From: an uncultured Candidatus Saccharibacteria bacterium
GTDB lineage: Bacteria > Patescibacteriota > Minisyncoccia > Phycocordibacterales > UBA918
Length of the DNA: 64,000 nt
Reading direction: 5' to 3'
Assembly (NCBI GenBank): GCA_964425625.1
Contig: CAYRMI010000005.1
Coordinates: 79-64,078, forward strand
Shown: one piece after another, positions 26,951 to 37,322 of the stretch
How positions within the stretch are numbered: the first letter of the stretch is position 1
Layout of the letters: each line of letters begins with the position of its first letter
Translations under genes and position numbers: made by a program
Notes under the pieces: generated by a model
Told to the model about the DNA's origin: nothing
What the model saw: only the letters and a program-made list of their open reading frames with translations
The model's database searches: none

Positions 26951-28140
26951 GAATTTAATATTTCTTTATACAGTGCCAAATAATTGGCTGTCATATGGTT
27001 GGTGTCGTATCGAGATTTTATCTTATTAGCGGAGGCATGAGAAATGTCACGTAGAGCAGTTTCATTTAAGTCCAGAATCTTATTTAGTCCAGTAACTAAG
27101 TCATCCGTATTACGGTAGCGACAGAGATACCCATTCTCTCCATCAGTCATTACCTCCTTTACACCACCTACGTCAAAGGCTACTACCGGCAATCCACAAC
27201 TCATGGCTTCTAGTATTACCAAAGGAAAGTTCTCGGCAATGGAAGTAAATAGTAAGACATCGGCTGCGCTGTAATAGAGGGCTAGTTCGGCTGGGTCTTT
27301 GACATGGAGACGGTACTCTACATTTGGTTCCGGGTGCTCTGGGGTAAAATTTCCGACGTTAAGAAAAAGCACATCTGGTCGGTTTTGGTATTGATGAATC
27401 ACTTCTTCGGTATAAGTCCAACCCTTCCAAGTATTAGCCTTACCGGCCGTTGCCAAAAACAAAACTATCTTCTTATCTTGTGGTAAGTTTAATTTGGTTC
27501 GAGCAATGTTTTTATTGGTTTGAACAAAAGTCTTGGTGTCTATACCGTTTGGTAGATTTCTAACGTCTTGGTTTTTTAAGATAGTTTTTTCTACTCGCTC
27601 TTTTAGCCAAAACGAAGGAGTGACTAGGTGAAGTTTAAGCTTTCCATATAGAGCAATACGGGCTTTGGCTAAGGTATTAGTGTTGTCCCAAAGTAGGCGT
27701 GGATTAGTATCAATACTAGGACAAACATACAGGCCGTTTTTCATGGCAGTACCTTCTAGGGTGTAGGCACAATGTGGGGTAATAGCCCACTCATCATGCA
27801 GAGTCCAGACCACTGGTTTTACTTCTGCCATTTTGGCTAGAGTATTGAGATTAAAAAATCGACCATGAATATTATGGCAATGTATAATATCAGCCTTTTT
27901 AAATTCAGGAGTTTGTAGTAGCCAATCGGTTGAGATAAAGTCTTCGGAAGCGAGTAAAAAACCGATTACCTTACGCCACTTAGAGCGTGGAATAATGTGA
28001 ACATTATTTTCACTACTACGTTTATCAGCGACAAATAAATTTACTTCATGACCCTCTTGCTCGAGGGCTTTTTTTATTTCCCATGATACTTTGGCGGCGC
28101 CGCCCAAGATATCGGTTGTGCCGATAATTAATACATTCAT
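26947..28140 (-). CDS. Family 4 glycosyltransferase (GT-B).
   Basis: ENFPLVILEAMSCGLPVVAFDVGGVKEV donor-binding motif. Confidence 0.8.
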   Translation of the reverse strand: MNVLIIGTTDILGGAAKVSWEIKKALEQEGHEVNLFVADKRSSENNVHIIPRSKWRKVIGFLLASEDFISTDWLLQTPEFKKADIIHCHNIHGRFFNLNTLAKMAEVKPVVWTLHDEWAITPHCAYTLEGTAMKNGLYVCPSIDTNPRLLWDNTNTLAKARIALYGKLKLHLVTPSFWLKERVEKTILKNQDVRNLPNGIDTKTFVQTNKNIARTKLNLPQDKKIVLFLATAGKANTWKGWTYTEEVIHQYQNRPDVLFLNVGNFTPEHPEPNVEYRLHVKDPAELALYYSAADVLLFTSIAENFPLVILEAMSCGLPVVAFDVGGVKEVMTDGENGYLCRYRNTDDLVTGLNKILDLNETALRDISHASANKIKSRYDTNHMTANYLALYKEILNS

Positions 28141-28880
28141 TTTTTGATTGTTACTACATAGTCCATAGTGGGGCCAGATTTTTGATTGAGACAGTCAAGT
28201 ATTAGTCCAAGTACTTGGATAGGGGCAAAAATAAAAAGCGATAGTAATGCTTTTAAAATAGTCGCTCTGAAAGTAATACTTTCAAAAGCCCAGATTACTA
28301 GTAGTTGGGCAAAGGTACCAAAAATACCAGTTGTCTGATTAATGGAAAAATTAGTGAAATTATTTTTTTTATAAAGTCGCTCATGCTCAAAACGAGTGAA
28401 GCGACGAAAATCATAAGGGACTTCATGTTCCGGATACATGAAGGGCATGGAGAAGAAAGCCCGCCCGTTCGGTTTCAAGACCCGGGCACATTCCTTAACT
28501 AATATTTCAGGGTCATCAGCATGCTCCAAAACTTGAGTACAGATAATGGCGTCAAATGATTGGTCGGGGAAGGGGATACTTTTACCGTCATAAAAAGCAT
28601 CGACCGTCTTGGCTTCGTCGGTATGTCCGCCACCGGCTATATCAATGCCAGTATAAGAAGGGGAAGAAAAAAGTTCTCGATAGGGTTTAATACCACAGCC
28701 AACGTCTAAGATTTTTGCCTCTGAGTTTGTTTCTTTAGCAAATTTTTTTATAGCGGTAAAAAGGGTAAAGCGGTTAATAAAATAGGGATTTACCAATACT
28801 GAGTACCACTGTGGTCGGAAGAAATTATCCTCCATAAATTGTTCCTTTAGTTTACTCATGTTTCTTCTTAAAGACAGCAA
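28137..28880 (-). CDS. Class I SAM-dependent methyltransferase with C-terminal hydrophobic segments.
   Basis: ILDVGCGIKPY (motif I). LKPNGRAFFS. Confidence 0.65.
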   Translation of the reverse strand: MLSLRRNMSKLKEQFMEDNFFRPQWYSVLVNPYFINRFTLFTAIKKFAKETNSEAKILDVGCGIKPYRELFSSPSYTGIDIAGGGHTDEAKTVDAFYDGKSIPFPDQSFDAIICTQVLEHADDPEILVKECARVLKPNGRAFFSMPFMYPEHEVPYDFRRFTRFEHERLYKKNNFTNFSINQTTGIFGTFAQLLVIWAFESITFRATILKALLSLFIFAPIQVLGLILDCLNQKSGPTMDYVVTIKK

Positions 28881-29775
28881 CTATTGTATGACCAGGTAAG
28901 GAACTCGCCTTGTTAGCAATGAAGGGTTTGGCAAAAACCTCAAAAATAATCTTATTCAAAATGCGTCCAACAATACCAAGGGGACGAAGTTTGTCACCAA
29001 AGTAAATTTGATAATGCGAACGATAATGATTGGGCTGTAGGTTTTCAGTGTGTACTGTCACGAGCTCAAGTGGAAAGTAATCCGGTAGCTTCGCGAACAC
29101 TTCAGCAGTCCAAAGTCCCATATGGTGTGGTGGCATATTAAGAAAACAGTATTGATCGTCTTTGAGAAAGCCGGCGTTGTTAGGAACACCAAAAATAATA
29201 TAGCCATTATCCTTAGTCGCATTGATAGCATCATTAATGAACCCTTTCACATCGGCAATATGCTCTAGTACCTGAAAAGAACAGCTGACATCGGCTTCTT
29301 TGGTTTGAGTAAAGGAAATACCTTTCATCTCCGCTTCACTGCGAGCTGCTTCATTTAGTTCTGAACCAAAAGCGATAATATTTTTAGTTTCTTTTTCATA
29401 AGTCAGGAAAGCACCGGTAGCACATCCTTGTTCAAAAACAGTATCGCCGGCTTTAATATAAGTATCTGCCACTTCATGCTCCCACTTACGTGTGACGTAG
29501 TAGAGTTCTTCTTTGGATAAGTCCTCATAAAAAAGACCATCCCCAGCCACATTAAGTGGGTAATAGAAACGATAGCCCGTATCATCACAACGGTAAATAG
29601 AAACTGAATCAAGGCCAGTAAAAAAACGTGCAACATCAGTATTGCGCTTGTATAAATCGATAATTCTCTTAGTAGATATACTACTTTCGTAAGTGGATTT
29701 GCCTCCAGTCAGTGGGCTTTTTATTTCCATAATGTGGACATTATAGCACTTAGCTTTAATACGATACGTTTCCAT
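28852..29775 (-). CDS. Class I SAM-dependent methyltransferase.
   Basis: FEQGCATGAFL and FQVLEHI...DNGYIIFGVPN motifs. Confidence 0.55.
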   Translation of the reverse strand: METYRIKAKCYNVHIMEIKSPLTGGKSTYESSISTKRIIDLYKRNTDVARFFTGLDSVSIYRCDDTGYRFYYPLNVAGDGLFYEDLSKEELYYVTRKWEHEVADTYIKAGDTVFEQGCATGAFLTYEKETKNIIAFGSELNEAARSEAEMKGISFTQTKEADVSCSFQVLEHIADVKGFINDAINATKDNGYIIFGVPNNAGFLKDDQYCFLNMPPHHMGLWTAEVFAKLPDYFPLELVTVHTENLQPNHYRSHYQIYFGDKLRPLGIVGRILNKIIFEVFAKPFIANKASSLPGHTIVAVFKKKHE

Positions 29776-30623
29776 AAAGGCACAAAGAACATGACCTTGA
29801 ACGTGAAATTATCTGCATCAATAGCAATTTTGCGGGTTGTTGGGTGAGTAATTTTCTTCAACGGGATAGTGTTTAAGTTTGCTTGTGCCGTTAGCTCTAT
29901 GGTGTGTGTCGCGTCACTGCCAAATCCCTGGTTTGAGACTAGGTTCTGGTTGGGTAAAATACAAAGTCCGCGATAATACCATGTCGTATACAACCACCAA
30001 GCATCCCAGTGAGCTTTATTGCGGAGTAGTTTTAACCAATATCGTTTAGCGGCTGAAGAAAATGGTAATTCGTTGATCCTGCCTAACCTATCGTATTCGG
30101 GAAAATTAGCTACAGCTTCATGGTATTTTGTCCAAGCTCGGCGCCACGTCGCCCATCCCCAGCTGTGACTGTAGTGTGAAAAATAATAACTACCATCACC
30201 GTGCTGACGTCCTTCTTGAAAATTATTACCACTGATATGCATGATTTCTGGATCGTCTTTATAATATTCAAGTAGTTCTGCACAAAAATAAAAAAAACTT
30301 GGATCAGGAACACAGTCGTCTTCTAAAATAATGCCGTATGGGACATGAGAGAAAAACCAATCGATACCCTCAACAATATTAGGGGTCAATCCAACATTGG
30401 TTTCCTTAAAATGAGTTTTCACTTCACATTCCCAGGGAATGTCGGTAGCGATCCGTCTTGACTCAGCACAAAGAAGAGCTTCCTCAGGATTATTTGGTCG
30501 GGGACCATCAGCGAGTATATAGACATGTTTTGGTTTAACTAGTGAAAGTGCTTTAATCAATTGCTTGATTTTTTCTGGCCGTCTAAACGGAATAATTAGT
30601 ATCGGGACTTCATCTAGATTCAT
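29721..30623 (-). CDS. GT-A fold glycosyltransferase with an EDD motif (GnT-I/GT13-like).
   Basis: GIILEDDCVPDPSFF. Confidence 0.45.
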   Translation of the reverse strand: MNLDEVPILIIPFRRPEKIKQLIKALSLVKPKHVYILADGPRPNNPEEALLCAESRRIATDIPWECEVKTHFKETNVGLTPNIVEGIDWFFSHVPYGIILEDDCVPDPSFFYFCAELLEYYKDDPEIMHISGNNFQEGRQHGDGSYYFSHYSHSWGWATWRRAWTKYHEAVANFPEYDRLGRINELPFSSAAKRYWLKLLRNKAHWDAWWLYTTWYYRGLCILPNQNLVSNQGFGSDATHTIELTAQANLNTIPLKKITHPTTRKIAIDADNFTFKVMFFVPLWKRIVLKLSAIMSTLWK

Positions 30624-30668
30624 ATATATATTCTATAACTTCGTTCTCCCTAAAAACGTTACTAACGC

Positions 30669-31442
30669 CTAGGACTTTTTTGTAAAGACAAAGCAACCAC
30701 ATGCCCATTCCTGATTCTCTACTTCTTTCGGATTAGCATTCTCTATCAAACCACGCACTTCATAGTCATCAGGCACCATAGAGAATTCAGTGAGAATCAA
30801 TTCAGGAAATAGATCAAGTACTTGCTTGTACGAGTAAATACGGTGTGCATTAAAGGCTATTTTAGGTTTGCCAACTGGGGTTACAAAAATAAAGGTACCA
30901 CCCGGTGCAAGAACACGAGATAACTCTTTAGCTGCTTCAATGTCACCCTTCGGATTGATTGGATCACCGTAACGTCCTAGTCCAACATGTTCGACAGTAT
31001 GTAGACAAGAGAGGGAGTGAACACTGTTTGTCTCAAAGTGTAGTTTGGTGAGGTCCCCATGTTTTGATATCAGGTTTGGTAAATTGAGGTTTGCAGGTCT
31101 GTAGTCATAAAATTCAACTGGTACAAACGCAGATATTATAGTGCTGAAATGTAGAGTCGAAGCAATGTCGATATGCTTAGCTGGATTAACCCGCGCTACA
31201 ACACGCGCTGCCCAGGCAGGGTGATAGATATAGTGAGGATCGAATTTGGTGGTGGCTGTTTTGTCTAGTAGTAAGGGGAAGAGGTGGCGAAATTTTACCG
31301 TAAAACGTTCATCATTAAGACTCTTAAACTGTATAAGATCTGCAAAAAAGCGCGGCCATGAGATGAGTTTGCGTATAAAGACGTAAATAGGAATGACAAA
31401 GGGTACTTTTAGTAGTTGTTTTTTTAATGGAAAGTTTGGCAT
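30669..31442 (-). CDS. Putative methyltransferase, DUF268-like.
   Basis: LHTVEHVGLGRYGDPINP block. Confidence 0.35.
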   Translation of the reverse strand: MPNFPLKKQLLKVPFVIPIYVFIRKLISWPRFFADLIQFKSLNDERFTVKFRHLFPLLLDKTATTKFDPHYIYHPAWAARVVARVNPAKHIDIASTLHFSTIISAFVPVEFYDYRPANLNLPNLISKHGDLTKLHFETNSVHSLSCLHTVEHVGLGRYGDPINPKGDIEAAKELSRVLAPGGTFIFVTPVGKPKIAFNAHRIYSYKQVLDLFPELILTEFSMVPDDYEVRGLIENANPKEVENQEWACGCFVFTKKS

Positions 31443-31446
31443 ATTA

Positions 31447-32535
31447 TTATTTGATTAGTGAGGGATTTGGTAATTGTTCCAGACGACCAAGTGAGAGTCC
31501 TTCTTGGGGTATTGATTGCTTGTTGCTTAAGCCTTTGTACAAATTGAACCACTCAGCAAAGGTGAGGAGGTGACTATTAGATACCCCACTGTAGTCTTTC
31601 ATTCGATATTCTTTATAGGAGTCGTACTTATACCAGTATAAATCAAGAGTCTCTCGGTCTACAATGCAGAAGTGATCAGCATAAGCCTGCCATGAGTCTT
31701 CGATTGACCAGGAGACACTACGACCGATGCGAGTGAGAAATTCGCTAGCTAGGTAAGATTCTGCTATGCGAGCGTCCATGACGTCTTGTACGGTGAGTAT
31801 GGGTTTTGCTGGGGCACTACGTGTATCATGCGCAGCGCTCCAATACTCTATCATATCGTCGATATGACCAAACTGGAACATATCAGTAACTAGATAAGGT
31901 ACATATTTAAGAGTTAAAAAACTCGAAGCAATAATACGATATTTTTGCTTAAAGCCCGGTGCTACGGGGAAGGCATGAATAAGATTAAGCAGAAATTCGT
32001 TAATATTAACGCCGTACATACGTTGGTCACAACGCGTTTTGTAGACAAACTCCGCTCCGGCTAGCTTGGCAGCCTCAAGGCCACTTAGGGTGGGAACAAG
32101 TTGGAAGTTTATGTTACCAATACCAGCAATAGAAGGTTTCTCGTTTTCGATTACTTTCACTCCTTCAGCTTTGAGTTCAGAAATAATTGTAGGATCGCTA
32201 CCAATGTCGGTTGAAACGATGATGATTGTTGAAGGAAAGTGCTTTTTATAAACCCGGACAGTTTCTATAGTAAAATTTTGTTCAGCAATCAGTCGACCTT
32301 CTAAAACAATTGCTGTTTTAGATGTTGACTTGAGAGGGTCAGACCACGTGTGAATTTTTTGGGCAGACATCGGTCGCGTATGCGTTGTAACAAACTCACG
32401 TTTAGCGGTGGAAACTTTAGCAAAAAACCATTTGATAGTGTTGATACGATAACGGTTGTACACCATCCAGAGTTGGTACCAGAAAGCTTTTCGGTCTTGG
32501 GTATATAAATGGTAGTAAAATTTAATTTTTTTCAT
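31447..32535 (-). CDS. Hypothetical polysaccharide-biosynthesis protein (possibly WavE-like).
   Basis: Operon context only. Weak recollection of a family resemblance. Confidence 0.3.
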   Translation of the reverse strand: MKKIKFYYHLYTQDRKAFWYQLWMVYNRYRINTIKWFFAKVSTAKREFVTTHTRPMSAQKIHTWSDPLKSTSKTAIVLEGRLIAEQNFTIETVRVYKKHFPSTIIIVSTDIGSDPTIISELKAEGVKVIENEKPSIAGIGNINFQLVPTLSGLEAAKLAGAEFVYKTRCDQRMYGVNINEFLLNLIHAFPVAPGFKQKYRIIASSFLTLKYVPYLVTDMFQFGHIDDMIEYWSAAHDTRSAPAKPILTVQDVMDARIAESYLASEFLTRIGRSVSWSIEDSWQAYADHFCIVDRETLDLYWYKYDSYKEYRMKDYSGVSNSHLLTFAEWFNLYKGLSNKQSIPQEGLSLGRLEQLPNPSLIK

Positions 32536-32552
32536 ACTTTCTTAGGCAATCC

Positions 32553-33515
32553 CTACTCCAGCATATTTTGTTCGAGTTCAAATCGGATCATCTCGTCGAG
32601 GATTTCATAGATTGTAACACTAGCCTTCCAGTTTAGTGTTTGTTCCGTTTGAGAGGTATGAGCGTATATCTTGGTAATTTTTTCTTCAGTTTGGTTATCC
32701 CTAGATGTAATCATTGTTTTAGGTATTCCGATTGAGTCAACAACATAATCGGCAATATCTTTGATTGTAGTTGGTATTCCGGTGCCAATGATGTAGTCGC
32801 GTGGCGAGTCGACCTGTAGGGATTTCCACATCGCTTCAACATACTCTTTTGCGCTACCAAAGTCGCGCCCGTTTAATATTTGACCAAGGACTATGGGTTT
32901 TGTATCGCCGTGCTTAATGGCGATGGCTTGGCGAATAAGTGATTTGGTGAAGGCTCCAGGGTGTCGCAGAGGTGACTCGTGTGGAAACAAAATACCGTTG
33001 ACAGCAAAAAGATTACTGTTATTGCGAAAACTCTGGGTCAAGAGGTGGGCAGTGGCTTTAGAGGTGCCATATGGAGTGCATGGTCCAAGTGGGCTAGATT
33101 GAGAAAGTGGTGCAGTCAAGGATGGGTCAAATATATCGGAGGATGAGGCATGAAAGAATTTAATGGCCGTATTCACTTTGGCACAGGCTTGAAGTAGATA
33201 AAAGGTTGAAAGCGTATTAAACCGAAGTGTTGGTATCGGGTCTTTGATTGAAGCGGAAACTGAGCTCTGAGCCGCGAGATGGTAGATCTCCGTAGGCTTA
33301 ATGTCGTCTACAAGTGCTTGTACAGCTACTTCATCAGTCAGGTCAATTGCGTGTAAGTGGCAAGCACCATTTATTTTTAGATATTCATGACGCCATAGAG
33401 TATCAGATTCGTCTCTGGTTATGCCATGAACCATATATCCCTGACTTAAGAGTAACTTGGCTAGATAACTACCATCTTGTCCAGAAATTCCTGTAATTAA
33501 TGCTGTTTTTGTCAT
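32553..33515 (-). CDS. Short GDP-mannose 4,6-dehydratase-family SDR (Gmd or GDP-4-keto-6-deoxymannose reductase Rmd-like).
   Basis: [24 protein letters not shown] and GILFPHESP. Confidence 0.6.
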   Translation of the reverse strand: MTKTALITGISGQDGSYLAKLLLSQGYMVHGITRDESDTLWRHEYLKINGACHLHAIDLTDEVAVQALVDDIKPTEIYHLAAQSSVSASIKDPIPTLRFNTLSTFYLLQACAKVNTAIKFFHASSSDIFDPSLTAPLSQSSPLGPCTPYGTSKATAHLLTQSFRNNSNLFAVNGILFPHESPLRHPGAFTKSLIRQAIAIKHGDTKPIVLGQILNGRDFGSAKEYVEAMWKSLQVDSPRDYIIGTGIPTTIKDIADYVVDSIGIPKTMITSRDNQTEEKITKIYAHTSQTEQTLNWKASVTIYEILDEMIRFELEQNMLE

Positions 33516-33593
33516 GGATAGTGCCTTTATGGTAGGTTATTTTTCTATGGTATCATATTTTTATCAGCCTTTTTATTACAGTCAATATTACAC

Positions 33594-34313
33594 ATGAAAG
33601 CAGTTATTTTAGCCGGTGGAGAGGGTACGAGATTATTTCCAGTGACAAAGCTATTAAATAAGCATCTTTTGCCGATTTATGATAAGCCTATCATCCAGTA
33701 CGCGGTAGAGAAAATGATTAGTTTTGGGATCAAAGATGTTTTGATTGTTTCCAATCCCTTGTATATCACTCACTTCAAAAGGTTGTTTGCGGACGAAAAG
33801 AGATGTTCAGTTTCTTTTGTGATTCAAAAAGAACCAAAGGGGATTGCCCAAGGCTTACTGCTAGCTAAAAAATTTGTGGGTAAGGACAATGTACTGTTTT
33901 GGTTGGGTGATGGAATTGTGGAAGATGACATCTCCCGACATATTCATAATTTCACGACTGGCGCAAAAGTTTTTATAAAAAGAGTAAAAGACCCAGAAAG
34001 GTTTGGGGTGGCTACGGTAGATAAGAAACACCATGTGCTAGAGATAATAGAAAAGCCAACTGAGCCAAAAAGTAACTACGCTGTGACGGGGATTTACCTG
34101 TATGACAATACAGTTTTTGCCAAGATGAAAAATCAACCGACATCAGCCCGCGGCGAGTATGAAATAACCTACATAAATAACAAGTATATTGAAGAAGGTA
34201 CTCTTAAAGCAGTCTTCCTTAAGAAGCAATGGTTTGATATTGGGACCTTTGAGAGTCTTTATAAAGCCTCTACCTTTTTACGTCGAAAGGCTCTCAAGCT
34301 CAAGAAAAGTTAG
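33594..34313 (+). CDS. Sugar-1-phosphate nucleotidyltransferase, RmlA-like short form.
   Basis: KAVILAGGEGTRLFPVTK...NKHLLPIYDKPII. Confidence 0.7.
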   Translation: MKAVILAGGEGTRLFPVTKLLNKHLLPIYDKPIIQYAVEKMISFGIKDVLIVSNPLYITHFKRLFADEKRCSVSFVIQKEPKGIAQGLLLAKKFVGKDNVLFWLGDGIVEDDISRHIHNFTTGAKVFIKRVKDPERFGVATVDKKHHVLEIIEKPTEPKSNYAVTGIYLYDNTVFAKMKNQPTSARGEYEITYINNKYIEEGTLKAVFLKKQWFDIGTFESLYKASTFLRRKALKLKKS

Positions 34314-34316
34314 GTT

Positions 34317-35246
34317 ATGAAGACTATTTTAGTTACGGGCGGGGCAGGATTTATTGGTAGTAATTACCTTAATTTTGCCGTGCCAGTATATCCAGATATT
34401 ACTTTTGTTAATGTAGATATACTGACGTATGCCGCTTCGCGAGCAAATTTAACGGTTGAATCAATGTCAAATTATGTATTTGCGCAAGTTGATATTACCG
34501 ATGAATTGGCTCTCGATAAGTTATTTAAAGAATACAAGCCGGAGGGGATTATCCATTTTGCGGCCGAGAGTAATGTAGACAAAAGCATAGAGCGACCAGA
34601 TGCATTTATTTCAACAAATGTAATGGGTACAAATATTCTGCTACGTCTCGCACTCCAGCATAAAGTGTTGCGCTTTCACCAGATATCAACCGATGAGGTT
34701 TATGGCTCACTGGAAATTAATGAATCGGCCTTTACTGAAGTGCATCCACTTGCTCCTAATAACCCATATAGTGCTTCAAAAGCAGCGGCTGATCTTTTGG
34801 TTCGTTCTTATCATAAAACCTATGGACTTAATACAGTAATTACTCGATGTTCAAATAATTTTGGTCCCAACCAAGATGATACAAAATTGATTCCACGTTT
34901 TATTAAAAAGCTGAAAGCGGGAGAGAAAGTTCCTGTATATGGAGACGGGTTGCAACGCCGAGACTGGCTTCATGTGTCTGACCATGTATCAGCTATAGAC
35001 CTTGTATTTAATAATGGTAAAGCCGGTGAGGTCTACAATGTTGGTAGTGATCATGATATGAGTAATATCGAAGTAGTAAGGACCCTCCTGGCACATTTTG
35101 ACAGAAATGAGGACGCTATTGATTATGTAACGGATCGGCTCGGTCACGATTTCAGGTATGCGATTGATTCAAGTAAATTAGCGAAGGAGCTAGGGTGGGT
35201 ACCAAAAATTTCTTTTGAGGAGGGGATTAGGATGCTGATAAGGTAA
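34317..35246 (+). CDS. NAD-dependent NDP-sugar 4,6-dehydratase/epimerase, RmlB-like.
   Basis: ILVTGGAGFIGSNY, ISTDEVYG and YSASKAAAD. Confidence 0.65.
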   Translation: MKTILVTGGAGFIGSNYLNFAVPVYPDITFVNVDILTYAASRANLTVESMSNYVFAQVDITDELALDKLFKEYKPEGIIHFAAESNVDKSIERPDAFISTNVMGTNILLRLALQHKVLRFHQISTDEVYGSLEINESAFTEVHPLAPNNPYSASKAAADLLVRSYHKTYGLNTVITRCSNNFGPNQDDTKLIPRFIKKLKAGEKVPVYGDGLQRRDWLHVSDHVSAIDLVFNNGKAGEVYNVGSDHDMSNIEVVRTLLAHFDRNEDAIDYVTDRLGHDFRYAIDSSKLAKELGWVPKISFEEGIRMLIR

Positions 35247-35279
35247 AATAAATTAATAAAGGTAATTAGTCAGGCCTCT

Positions 35280-36482
35280 TTACTTATTCATGAATAAAAA
35301 ATTTTTTATTCTCACAAGGAGGATTTTAAACCTATTTGCATCAAGCTCCATTTTTCTTGGAATTGGTTTACAGGAACTTTTTTTGATTGCTTCACTTTCA
35401 ATCTGGGACTCCATGGTACCCGCAAGTGCAGTCTCGCATCGAGCTATATTATAGATGATGACTTTAGAGTCTGGGTACTCCTTTGCTATCTCTAGATATA
35501 AAACATGAGCATCTTGGTACTTTTTTTCACGAAACAAGAAGACGGCTTTGATAAACTTATCTTCTGCGCCTTTAGGAACATCAAGATTTCTATTGTATTT
35601 AAGATAACCGTCTTGTACAAGATATTTTTTAAAGTCATGCCTAAATATACCTCGGCCTATTTGCTTATAACTTTCTGAAAAAAAGGCCTTAATATTATTT
35701 TTACCGAGTTTATTTTGAGAAAAAATATCATACTGTATAATATTTTTAATTGAATCTTGGGAGAAGAGACACAAAATCTCTTCAAAAATAAGATAGAAGT
35801 TAATTGAGAATAAACCCTCTTCATATACTCGGTGAAAGTATCCTTTACTAAGGATGGCTTGTCGGTGCAAAAAAATAGTATCGGGACAAACATACACAGT
35901 ATTTCCGGCAGATAGAAATCTTATCTCAAAGCACTGAGTGTCAAATCCATGTTTTTCAGGATACCCTTGAGTTTTATTGTAGGCTTCTTTGGTAAAAAGG
36001 AAATTATCTAGCAGAGCTGAAGTATCATCAAACAGATTTTCAAATGTTATTGGTTCATTAGATATCTTATTATAGTGTGCGCTATAGTGAGTCTGGTCAT
36101 TTTCTTTGAAGTATCTTCTTTCATGTATCGCAACCCCGTCACAATTTTTATGTATCAAGTATTCAATCATTTTCTGCATGGTGTTTGGAAACAGTAAGTT
36201 GTCACTATCTAAGCAAAAAATAAGATCCCCTTGACTATGTTTGATACCACTATTTCTGGTCGCTCCACCACCTTGGTTGTGGGTGTGATAAAAAAGCTTT
36301 ATTTCTGGATGAACGTTACTAAGCTTTTTCATTAGAGCTACAGTTTCGTCTGTTGATTTATCATCAACCATCACTATTTCAAATGGCGTGTTGAGATTTT
36401 GTGCATACACTGAAGCCACGGCTTCTTCTAAAGTTGCTGTACAATTGTAACAAGGGATAATTATTGAGAGTTTATGATTCAT
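35280..36482 (-). CDS. Family 2 glycosyltransferase with a C-terminal extension.
   Basis: LSIIIPCYNC...EIVMVDDKSTDET and CLDSDN. Confidence 0.75.
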   Translation of the reverse strand: MNHKLSIIIPCYNCTATLEEAVASVYAQNLNTPFEIVMVDDKSTDETVALMKKLSNVHPEIKLFYHTHNQGGGATRNSGIKHSQGDLIFCLDSDNLLFPNTMQKMIEYLIHKNCDGVAIHERRYFKENDQTHYSAHYNKISNEPITFENLFDDTSALLDNFLFTKEAYNKTQGYPEKHGFDTQCFEIRFLSAGNTVYVCPDTIFLHRQAILSKGYFHRVYEEGLFSINFYLIFEEILCLFSQDSIKNIIQYDIFSQNKLGKNNIKAFFSESYKQIGRGIFRHDFKKYLVQDGYLKYNRNLDVPKGAEDKFIKAVFLFREKKYQDAHVLYLEIAKEYPDSKVIIYNIARCETALAGTMESQIESEAIKKSSCKPIPRKMELDANRFKILLVRIKNFLFMNK

Positions 36483-37281
36483 TTTTCACACCACTCCTCA
36501 TTTTTGCGTAAACGTCACCAAAATCTGTATCAATAAATGATTGCTTTGTAACCAGTTCCAACATTTCATTGCCGGAAATCCAGTTATTTAAAGTAAGCTG
36601 CATGCTTTCTCCGACAGAGTAATTAAACATGACGTCTTGATTGATTGCGATAATTAGTTTGACACACTTTATGACATTCTCTGTTTGTTCAGGGGTTGCG
36701 TATTCAAATGATATTAAATTAATTGAAGATGTTAATCCTTTTAGCACATTAGGTTCATACCCTTCAACATCTATTTTAATAAATTTAGGAATACCATAAG
36801 TTTTGATTGCATTATCTAGGGTATTTACTTCAACATTTTGAGTCTCACTCCACTCAAAATTTTTAAATCTGGTATCTTTTACAGAATCAATCCATTCAGG
36901 TGAAAGTGAAGATAAGCCAGAAAAGTTTGAAACATATAAATTAGTAGACCCTTCTTTGGCACCTAACGCTTGCGGTACAACAGTTATTTTGTTTCCAAAC
37001 TTCCATTTTAAAATTTTTATACAGGAACCCTGAGGTTCAAAAGCTATTATTTTTGCTCCTAATTGCAATAGAGGGGAAACTCTATTGCCGGTATTTGCTC
37101 CCACATCAAAGCACAGATCTCCTTTATGGATAAATTGTGAATAAAATAAACGCCTCTTTTCATTTTCTTTCATCTCTTCTTTATATGATTCTCCCGGCCA
37201 GATTTTATTCTTGATATCTTTGAGTATATATATGACATCGTCTCCAATTAGGTACTTAATTTTATTTTTAAATGATCTCAT
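36472..37281 (-). CDS. FkbM-family methyltransferase.
   Basis: CFDVGANTGN...IIAFEPQ. Confidence 0.6.
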   Translation of the reverse strand: MRSFKNKIKYLIGDDVIYILKDIKNKIWPGESYKEEMKENEKRRLFYSQFIHKGDLCFDVGANTGNRVSPLLQLGAKIIAFEPQGSCIKILKWKFGNKITVVPQALGAKEGSTNLYVSNFSGLSSLSPEWIDSVKDTRFKNFEWSETQNVEVNTLDNAIKTYGIPKFIKIDVEGYEPNVLKGLTSSINLISFEYATPEQTENVIKCVKLIIAINQDVMFNYSVGESMQLTLNNWISGNEMLELVTKQSFIDTDFGDVYAKMRSGVKNES

Positions 37282-37322
37282 ATAGTTGTAAAGGTTTTAA
37301 TTTATTTTGATAAATGTTTTTT